Source of the DNA: a virus | Lineage: Duplodnaviria > Caudoviricetes | Length of the DNA: 41,384 nt | IMG/VR virus record: IMGVR_UViG_3300012942_000076 | Location: 1 to 41,384 of that record | Strand: one strand, 5' to 3' | Part shown: positions 1 to 6,191 of the stretch, piece by piece | Numbering within the stretch: the stretch's first letter is position 1 | Layout of the letters: the number at the start of each line of letters is the position of its first letter | Translations under genes and position numbers: made by a program | Notes under the pieces: model-generated | Database searches by the model: none | What the model saw: only the letters and a program-made list of their open reading frames with translations | What the model was told of the DNA's origin: nothing

Positions 1-83
1 GATTCCGGGGCGGACACGCTGGAGCTCAATCTCGATCCGTCGGAGGGCAGCCTCTTCTTCCACGAAACCCGGCTCGGACCCGC

Positions 84-110
84 TGTTAGATGACAGGAGG
101 TTTTGGAGTC
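84..110 (+). repeat. Left end with L1-like transposase-binding site GACAGGAGGTTTTGGAGTC (92-110)
   Basis: Terminal TG at 84; 19-bp motif shared with 254-272 and with two inverted copies at the right end. Confidence 0.85.
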
Positions 111-134
111 CTGCGGGGTTTGGGGCTTTGGGGC

Positions 135-171
135 CGGGATTGGGCGGGATTTCCCGGGATTATGCGGGATT
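135..171 (+). repeat. Four phased CGGGATT direct repeats (10-bp period)
   Basis: CGGGATT at 135, 145, 155 and 165. Confidence 0.85.
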
Positions 172-253
172 TACCGCGCCCTGCATCAACGATCGGCGAG
201 GCGGAAGGTGCCCTGCGGCTGTCTAGAGTCGGCTGCGATTTTGACAGGGTTTC

Positions 254-272
254 GACAAGAGCTTTCGGAGTC
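254..272 (+). repeat. Internal left-end transposase-binding-like site GACAAGAGCTTTCGGAGTC
   Basis: Matches the L1, R1 and R2 motif. Confidence 0.75.
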
Positions 273-294
273 GGGCGGTTCGGCGGGCGGGCGC

Positions 295-338
295 GTTAAA
301 AGGGCTTGAAAGCCCTCTTAGCGGGCGTTTCCGAGCGT
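295..338. repeat. 11-bp phased tract 1 (GTTAAAAGGGC TTGAAAGCCCT CTTAGCGGGCG TTTCCGAGCGT)
   Basis: Helically phased TT(G/A)A-type units; related tracts at about 9.6, 21.5, 30.5 and 40.4 kb. Confidence 0.6.
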
Positions 339-382
339 CGGAGATGGTCTCAAGAGGCCGCCGGCGCGGCGAAGCGCCCACG

Positions 383-413
383 AGCAAGTGGGACGTGGGC
401 GGTCCCACTTGCT
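383..413. repeat. 12-bp perfect inverted repeat AGCAAGTGGGAC-N7-GTCCCACTTGCT (terminator of the leftward operon or protein-binding site)
   Basis: Seen directly, just downstream of the 431..721 minus-strand gene; AAGTGGGAC recurs at 502-510. Confidence 0.7.
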
Positions 414-430
414 GCGAGGAGGGCCCAGTT

Positions 431-721
431 TCAAAAAGCGGTGGGAATCCGGCCTTCGCGGCGGGCGATGATGCGCTCGATGCGCGTCGGTGCGGCGGTG
501 GAAGTGGGACCGTTTTTCGGCTCGCGCGGATGCACCGGCACGAGCTCCAGGGTGGTCCAGATCTCGGCGGGCACCGTCAGCCACACCGTCTTGCTGTGCG
601 GATCGACGCTGGCGTAACCGGCGTCGATCGCGTCGGCGTGCGCCTCCTCGATCGTCGCGCGCCAGGGAGCCTGGGGCAGCGCGAACAGCGCGAAGCGATA
701 GGCCGGATCGCGACGCATCAC
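431..721 (-). CDS. Hypothetical protein (96 aa), second gene of the LexA-boxed operon
   Basis: Start overlaps the stop of the 718..1182 gene; protein-like composition. Confidence 0.6.
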   Translation of the reverse strand: MMRRDPAYRFALFALPQAPWRATIEEAHADAIDAGYASVDPHSKTVWLTVPAEIWTTLELVPVHPREPKNGPTSTAAPTRIERIIARREGRIPTAF

Positions 722-1182
722 AGCGCGAGCCAGTCGAGCTCGGCGGCGTCGAGCGCCTCATAATCATCGCCGCTCGCGCCCAGGCGATCGAGACGGCGGC
801 GGACGTCCTCGACATGGCCATCGGCGGGGAACAACGAATCGTTGAGGGCGGCGCGGGCGAGATCCCCGATCCATCCCGATCGCCGGCGCTGGTCGAGCAG
901 CCAGCGACCGAACGGCACGCCGGCGCTTCCCGCCAGCTCCGGCGCGGCCGCGACCGGCTCGGGATCGGCGAGACCTGGGAAAAGCGGCAGCGCCTGGCTT
1001 TCCTCCGTCGTCGGGGGCGCGGCGGGGTCGAAAATATCGAACCGGGCAAGGAAGCCGGCGAGGTGATCGGCGATCCGGCCGGTATCGGCCGGGCTGATCG
1101 CCGGAGCGGGGACGCCCACCGCTTCGAGGCGGAGCGCGTCGTGGAGCTGATCGTGCAGCTCGGAGGGATCGAGTCGCTTCAT
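718..1182 (-). CDS. Protein with C-terminal YozE/SAM-like domain (154 aa)
   Basis: ATG at 1182 (MKRLDPSE...); C-terminal FGRWLLDQRRRSGWIGDLARAALNDSLFP resembles YozE-like domains. The longer ORF-track extension overlaps other genes. Confidence 0.7.
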   Translation of the reverse strand: MKRLDPSELHDQLHDALRLEAVGVPAPAISPADTGRIADHLAGFLARFDIFDPAAPPTTEESQALPLFPGLADPEPVAAAPELAGSAGVPFGRWLLDQRRRSGWIGDLARAALNDSLFPADGHVEDVRRRLDRLGASGDDYEALDAAELDWLAL

Positions 1183-1192
1183 GCGCCAATGA

Positions 1193-1207
1193 GAACAGAA
1201 ACAGAAC
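1193..1207 (-). promoter_or_regulatory. Alphaproteobacterial LexA (SOS) box GTTC-N7-GTTC overlapping a putative promoter
   Basis: Minus strand GTTCTGTTTCTGTTC, 10 bp upstream of the ATG at 1182, with TTGCAC (-35-like) just upstream. Confidence 0.8.
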
Positions 1208-1232
1208 AAAGGTGCAAGAGAGAGCGAGCGGA

Positions 1233-1655
1233 TCAGCGGCGCGGATGGTAATCCCAGGCGAGCGCGAAGCCGTCGCGCACCATCGCTTTGTTGAGATCGA
1301 GCGCGCCGGCGCGGCACCAGGCGGCGGTGCGCTTGCCCTTGGCCCATCCGTCGGACCGGCAGGTGAGCGTGGGGCCGTGGACAATGATGTGGCCGTCCGA
1401 GGTGGAGCCTTTCGCACCGCCGAGCAGTGCGACCAGGTGATCGCGGGCGGCGACGCCCGAGGCCTTCGGGCAGGGCGAGCCTGGGCGGCAATGGCCGTCG
1501 AGCTCGCGCGCGGCGATGCGGGCGAGGCGGATGCGCGGGCCCTCGGCGCACCAGATCGGGCCGTCGCCGTCCCAGACGCGGGTGGGCGTGCAGGTGAAGG
1601 TCCGGCCGGCGGGAACGATCGGCACCGTGGCGGCGAGGAGAAGCGCGGCGATCAT
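1233..1655 (-). CDS. Secreted thermonuclease (SNase)-family protein
   Basis: Signal peptide MIAALLLAAT; VWDGDG...RIRLARIAARE and DLNKAMVRDGFA motifs. Confidence 0.8.
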   Translation of the reverse strand: MIAALLLAATVPIVPAGRTFTCTPTRVWDGDGPIWCAEGPRIRLARIAARELDGHCRPGSPCPKASGVAARDHLVALLGGAKGSTSDGHIIVHGPTLTCRSDGWAKGKRTAAWCRAGALDLNKAMVRDGFALAWDYHPRR

Positions 1656-1912
1656 TCGCAGGCCACTCCGTCATTGTCCCGGTCGAGCTTTCGGCTGTAA
1701 CCGGGCTGGCCGCGCCGGATCGGGGCCGCGCCTGCGGCGCGGGCGTCGGCGCAGCTCCGGTAGGAGTCGCCGGCCGCCACGACCGAGGCGGCGCGGGCAT
1801 GGCCGCGATGCGGGCGCGGGCGTTCGGTATGGCGCTGTCGCGGCGTCGCCGAAAAGGCCGGGTAGACGATCGCGAACAGGATCAGCGCGGCGAAGATTAG
1901 GAAGGCGGTCAT
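1652..1912 (-). CDS. Excalibur calcium-binding domain protein, N-terminally anchored (86 aa)
   Basis: YRSCADARAAGAAPIRRGQPGYSRKLDRDNDGVACE; hydrophobic N-terminus; GAAGG-type RBS before the ATG at 1912. Confidence 0.88.
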   Translation of the reverse strand: MTAFLIFAALILFAIVYPAFSATPRQRHTERPRPHRGHARAASVVAAGDSYRSCADARAAGAAPIRRGQPGYSRKLDRDNDGVACE

Positions 1913-1980
1913 CGCCAGCCCTTCCTTCACGCGGGAGCGCGGCCGCTCCGGGACACGATCTGACCATTCCTTCAGCATGA

Positions 1981-2589
1981 TCAGGACGCGAAAGAACAGT
2001 CGCTCAGCATCGGATCGCTCAGCACCTCGCTGACGGCCTGGCAGAGCAAGGTGATCGTCTGGCCCTTATGAAGATCGCTGGCTTTGGGCTTGTCGGCGTC
2101 GACCAGATCGGCGTGGACGTCGAGAAATTGGTTGGAGCCGCGCATCAGCACGATCGGATCGTCGGTGATGTCGAGATCCACGCCGGTCACGATGCCGCCG
2201 ACCAACAACGGCCGGCCGTCGTAGCGCTTCTGGGCGGCCGCTTCGTTATCCTCATAGGCCTTGGCGAGATCGACCGCGCTGACCGGAAGCGGCGGCTGGG
2301 CCGATGCGGTGCTCGCCGCCGCATTGTCGCCGGCGGTTCCGGCCGTCTGTCGGCCGCCCGCGCCGGCGAGCGCGCTGATGATGACCAGCAGAATGAAGAT
2401 CGCGACGCACGCCAGAAGGATATTGCGCGCGACATGGCTTTTCGAGGCGATGGGCGCGGCGGCTACGGCCGCGCCGCCGCCCAGCAGACGCGCTTTCTGC
2501 TGCTCGAACTCCCGGTCGGAAAGCGCGCCGCGATCGCGCAGGCTGGCAAGCCGCTCCAGCTCGTCGGTGAGATTGTCGCTCATAACCAC
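1981..2589 (-). CDS. Membrane protein: SHOCT domain, TM helix and tRNA_anti-like OB-fold
   Basis: ELERLASLRDRGALSDREFEQQKARLL (SHOCT); TM segment; VSAVDLAKAYEDNEAAAQKRYDG...LHKGQTITLLC. Confidence 0.8.
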   Translation of the reverse strand: MVMSDNLTDELERLASLRDRGALSDREFEQQKARLLGGGAAVAAAPIASKSHVARNILLACVAIFILLVIISALAGAGGRQTAGTAGDNAAASTASAQPPLPVSAVDLAKAYEDNEAAAQKRYDGRPLLVGGIVTGVDLDITDDPIVLMRGSNQFLDVHADLVDADKPKASDLHKGQTITLLCQAVSEVLSDPMLSDCSFAS

Positions 2590-2604
2590 CCCCTGTTGGT
2601 CTCT

Positions 2605-3234
2605 CTATAATCTCCGGATGAAGCTGCCGAGAATGCGGGCGACCGGAATATAGCGCCCCTCCTCGGCTCCGATCTCGCTGCTGGTGACGATCGCCTCGCC
2701 CAGACGGTCACCGGCGGCGAGCACGGCTCCCGGCGTGCGATAGGAGAAGCGGCCGACGATCAGGCCGCCGTTGACACGGAACAGGCAGAGCTGGCCTTCG
2801 AGCAGCTCGGCCGGCGTTACGTCGACGCAGAAGACGAGCCCGCCCTCGGCGAGGCCGGCGGCCGGATAATCGGAGAGGAGGCGCGCCAGCCACAGGCCCG
2901 AGGCGGTGCCGAGCGTCTGGTTCAGCCAGTCGCGACGGAAGGGCGAGGCGTTGTGGGGCGGGCCTTTGCCGACGTCGGTCAGCTCGCGGAGATCATATTC
3001 GTCGATCTCCACCCAATCGGCTTCCTCGGCGGCCATGAGCGCCGATTTCCGCGCCGTATCGCGGCCTGTGACCAGCCATTCGACCGACCGATCGAGCGCA
3101 CGGGCGATCTTCACCGCATAATCGGCCCGGGAAATCCCCTTCCGGACGTAATCGCCGAGCGTGCTCTCCGAAATATCGGTCTTTTCGGCAAGCCATTTGA
3201 GAGTTCGGCCGTTCAGCGCCTCCACCAGGCGCAT
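2605..3234 (-). CDS. CI-like repressor (XRE HTH plus degenerate S24-like C-terminal domain); start uncertain
   Basis: LKWLAEKTDISESTLGDYV...KIARALDRSVEWLVTG; divergent from ner as in Mu c/ner. Confidence 0.85.
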   Translation of the reverse strand: MRLVEALNGRTLKWLAEKTDISESTLGDYVRKGISRADYAVKIARALDRSVEWLVTGRDTARKSALMAAEEADWVEIDEYDLRELTDVGKGPPHNASPFRRDWLNQTLGTASGLWLARLLSDYPAAGLAEGGLVFCVDVTPAELLEGQLCLFRVNGGLIVGRFSYRTPGAVLAAGDRLGEAIVTSSEIGAEEGRYIPVARILGSFIRRL

Positions 3235-3531
3235 ACCGACCGGATTTTCGGTTTTAGGGGCTTGGCGACGGCGACGGCTGATGTTATCCGAAGGTTCGGG
3301 CCGAACTTTCGGATTTAGCGACATATGACCATCACCGCCCATCCCGAGGACATCAAGGCGGCGCTCCGCAAGCGCTTCGGTTCAGTCGCCGCTTTCGAGC
3401 GGCAGCGCGGATTGCCCGAGAAATCGGTCAATGACGTGCTGCGAGGCCGCCCGAGCGCGCGCGTTCGGCGCGCCATCGAAGATACTCTCGACACTATCGC
3501 TCCCGCCGCCTCCGAATCCGAAGTTTCGGAT
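3168..3531. promoter_or_regulatory. Cluster of CCGA-N4-TCGG palindromes (putative repressor/Ner operators)
   Basis: Copies at 3168, 3240 (1 mismatch), 3288, 3301, 3416 and 3518, mostly with AT-rich spacers. Confidence 0.6.
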
Positions 3532-3582
3532 AATAGCGAAGCGCACGCCGACTCGCATCGTCTAAATGCGGGGGTCCGTTGA
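3325..3582 (+). CDS. ner: Ner/Nlp-like HTH early regulator
   Basis: HPEDIKAALRKRFGSVAAFERQRGL; first rightward early gene. Confidence 0.8.
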   Translation: MTITAHPEDIKAALRKRFGSVAAFERQRGLPEKSVNDVLRGRPSARVRRAIEDTLDTIAPAASESEVSDNSEAHADSHRLNAGVR

Positions 3583-4712
3583 ACATGGCGGCCCAGACGA
3601 ACGCTCCGGCTCAAGCGCCCGACATTGTCGGGCAGGTTCTGCTGATCCCGGTCGAGCAGATCGAGGTCGGCGAGCGGCTGCGGCCGATCGATCCGGTATG
3701 GGCCGACGCGCTGGGCGGCGTGATCGCGGCCGAGGGACAGCGCACGCCGATCGAGGTGTGCCGATTGCCCGGCAAATCGGGATGGCGGTTGGTCGCCGGC
3801 GGCCATCGCCTCGAAGGCCTGCGGCTCAAGGGCCTCGCCTATGTCAAGGCGATCGAGGTCGAGGCCGATCCGCGCGAGCGGATCGCGCGGGAAATCTCCG
3901 AGAATCTGATGCGGCGCGGGCTCGATCCGGTCGAGCGCGCCGCCTTCATCGCCGAGCAGGTGGCGCTGCTGAAGGCGCGCGCCGGGCTCGACGGCGACGC
4001 CGACGGGCGGGCGGTATCGGCGGCGGTGCGCTGGCAGAAAGAGCTGCAATCGCAATCGCATGACGCAAATGCAACGATTGCAGTTGCATATGGCTGGGCG
4101 GAGGAGATCGGCGACCGGCTCGGCTTCTCGCGCCGCACGATCTACAATGACCTGCTGCTCTATCGCCGTCTCGCGCCCGATCTGGTGGCGCGCCTGCGGA
4201 GCCACGACGGCGGCCTCGGTCATCCGGTCCTCAAAAACGCGGCGCAGCTCCGCGCGCTCGCCAAGATGGACGAAGGCGAGCAGATCGACGTTATCAACCG
4301 GCTGCTGGCCGGCGCGCGCAGCATCGCCGAGGCGAGCGCGCCGTTCCGTCAGGCTCCGCAGCCGGATCACAAGCGGCTGTCCGCCTTCATCGGAGCCTTC
4401 TCGCGCATGTCGCTGGCCGAGAAGAAGGGTGCGCTGGCGCACCTCTCCGAAATGCTGCCGGAGGGCTACCGCCTGACATTCGGCGAGCAGTTTAATGCCG
4501 GCGGCTTCCCCGAGACTTGCGAAGAAGAACGCGACGCGGCGCTGGACCGCCTCGACAGGGCGCGCGCCGAGCTGGACGGGCTGATCGAGGACGAACTGAT
4601 TCCCGCCGAGCGCTGCGCCGCGATCGAGGACGCCAGCTTCGATCTCCAACAGGTGCGCATGGCGATCGTCACCGATCGGTTCTCGATCGGCCAGGCGGGA
4701 GAGCGGGCATGA
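3579..4712 (+). CDS. ParB N-terminal (CTPase-like) domain plus HTH protein
   Basis: IPVEQIEVGERLR...GQRTPIEV...LVAGGHRLEG...EISENLMRRGL; HTH EEIGDRLGFSRRTIYN. Confidence 0.85.
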   Translation: MNMAAQTNAPAQAPDIVGQVLLIPVEQIEVGERLRPIDPVWADALGGVIAAEGQRTPIEVCRLPGKSGWRLVAGGHRLEGLRLKGLAYVKAIEVEADPRERIAREISENLMRRGLDPVERAAFIAEQVALLKARAGLDGDADGRAVSAAVRWQKELQSQSHDANATIAVAYGWAEEIGDRLGFSRRTIYNDLLLYRRLAPDLVARLRSHDGGLGHPVLKNAAQLRALAKMDEGEQIDVINRLLAGARSIAEASAPFRQAPQPDHKRLSAFIGAFSRMSLAEKKGALAHLSEMLPEGYRLTFGEQFNAGGFPETCEEERDAALDRLDRARAELDGLIEDELIPAERCAAIEDASFDLQQVRMAIVTDRFSIGQAGERA

Positions 4713-4966
4713 GCCCCGATTTTTCTCACGCTCTACGCCGGCATGGAATGCTCGGAATGACAGCGAAGGCGGTCTCGGGGATGACCGGCCTTAGCGAACT
4801 GGCCGAAGACAAGACGATTGCCGAGACGATCCGCGCGATGAGCGCGATACTGGTCGAGCTGGCGGCGATTGATCTGGCGACGGGGCCGGAACTCGCAGCG
4901 CGCCGGCGCTCGTGCGGGCAGCTTTTAAGCCAAGTCGGCGCGGAACTGCCGGGAGATCGGGCATGA
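4709..4966 (+). CDS. Hypothetical protein (85 aa)
   Basis: ATGA overlaps at both ends; GGAG upstream. Confidence 0.6.
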   Translation: MSPDFSHALRRHGMLGMTAKAVSGMTGLSELAEDKTIAETIRAMSAILVELAAIDLATGPELAARRRSCGQLLSQVGAELPGDRA

Positions 4967-5460
4967 CACCCGATCTCGCCGAAGCCGTCTATGACTACGC
5001 CCGCGACATGATCACCGAATGCGGCTCGCCGCCGACGCGTTCGGAGATCGCCGACCGCTTTTCGATTCGACCGGCGCTGGCTCGGGCCATTGTCGAGCGG
5101 CTGATCCGTGAAGGGCGGCTGCTTCGGACCGACGACCGGGAGCGCAATCTGGCGCTTCCCATCGCGTCCGACGTCGATCTCACCCGTCTGCCCACCGGCG
5201 CGCTCCAGCGCGAGCTCGATCGGCGCGGACGGCCGTGGCACCGGCCGACGCGGCTCTATGCCGACCGCACGCGCCCCTGCGCGGCGGACGGCTGCGAAGA
5301 GCGGGTGCGGCGCGGCCAGCTTTTCTGCCGGGATCATTGGTTCGCGCTGCCGGAAGGCCTCCGCCGCGAGCTCATCATCACGTTTCGGGACGGCCAGCAC
5401 GCCGCTTATCAGGACGCCTGGCGGCGCGCGGTCCTCCATCTTGAGGGGATCGGTGCATGA
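4963..5460 (+). CDS. LexA-type winged-helix domain plus C-terminal Cys/His zinc-finger-like protein (165 aa)
   Basis: VYDYARDMITECGSPPTRSEIADRF...LIREGRLLR; CAADGC...FCRDHW. Confidence 0.7.
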   Translation: MTPDLAEAVYDYARDMITECGSPPTRSEIADRFSIRPALARAIVERLIREGRLLRTDDRERNLALPIASDVDLTRLPTGALQRELDRRGRPWHRPTRLYADRTRPCAADGCEERVRRGQLFCRDHWFALPEGLRRELIITFRDGQHAAYQDAWRRAVLHLEGIGA

Positions 5461-5564
5461 TCGACGGGCGACCCGCCACCTGGGGCGAATCCATCATCTT
5501 CTGGACGCCGCTGATGCTGATCGAGGCGGCCGCCGGCCTGCTGGTCTGGTGGCTGCTGGGATGA
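5457..5564 (+). CDS. Small membrane protein (35 aa)
   Basis: MIDGRPATWGESIIFWTPLMLIEAAAGLLVWWLLG; overlapping start/stop coupling with both neighbours. Confidence 0.5.
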   Translation: MIDGRPATWGESIIFWTPLMLIEAAAGLLVWWLLG

Positions 5565-5812
5565 TGGCCGCACCTCGCCTCGACGGCGCGACGCCGATCG
5601 AATGGGCGATCGCCGCCGCAATAGAGCGCGAGCTGCGCGAGGCGGCGCGGAGCCGTCCGCCGCGATCGACCCACCCGGTTGCCATCGCGGCGCAGGACCG
5701 GCGGCGCATCGCCACCCAGGCGCGGCTGACGCGTGAACGCCGCGAAGCGATGCGCCGCCGCGCGCATCGGCTGGTGCTGGAGGCCGCGTTGCGCGGCCAG
5801 GAGGAGGCATGA
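5561..5812 (+). CDS. Hypothetical basic protein (83 aa)
   Basis: Translationally coupled within the early operon. Confidence 0.55.
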   Translation: MMAAPRLDGATPIEWAIAAAIERELREAARSRPPRSTHPVAIAAQDRRRIATQARLTRERREAMRRRAHRLVLEAALRGQEEA

Positions 5813-6048
5813 TGGGCATGGAACGTCACGGGATGACGCCGATCGAGCAGATCGTCATGGACCTCCACGACAGGGGCCGGACCGCCCGGCAGATCGCGGC
5901 GGAGAGCGGCTATCAGCTGGATCATGTCCAGAAGATCATTAGCCGGCTGACCGTTGGGCCGGCGGACCTGTGGCAGCGGGACGCGGCGCGCGGCTCGGCG
6001 CAGCTGCTGGCGGCAATCCGCCGCTATCAGGCGCGGCGCGCGGCATGA
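5809..6048 (+). CDS. Small HTH-like protein (79 aa)
   Basis: GGAGG RBS; LHDRGRTARQIAAESGYQLDHVQKII. Confidence 0.65.
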   Translation: MMGMERHGMTPIEQIVMDLHDRGRTARQIAAESGYQLDHVQKIISRLTVGPADLWQRDAARGSAQLLAAIRRYQARRAA

Positions 6049-6191
6049 TACGGCTGACCATCCGGCTTGGCCGCCACCGCTTGGTGAAGCCGATCCGCGC
6101 CGACAATTTCCGCGCCGCGCCGCTCCACGAACTGCAGGTCGATGTCCTGCGCGCGCTGGTCGAGACGCTGCCGGCAAAGGAGGCGTTTTGA
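6045..6191 (+). CDS. Hypothetical protein (48 aa)
   Basis: ATGA and TGATG coupling with neighbours. Confidence 0.5.
   Translation: MIRLTIRLGRHRLVKPIRADNFRAAPLHELQVDVLRALVETLPAKEAF

Noticed and set aside
1-83. Host gene fragment in the left flank (DSGADTLELNLDPSEGSLFFHETRLGP)
   Set aside because: Looks coding but is too short to identify.
135-171. CRISPR-like array
   Set aside because: Units are 7 bp with 3-bp spacers; no cas genes or long repeat-spacer structure was seen in the window.
718-1800. 360-aa ORF as given by the track
   Set aside because: The N-terminal ~206 aa overlap the nuclease and Excalibur genes and are low complexity; the real start is taken as ATG 1182 behind the LexA box.
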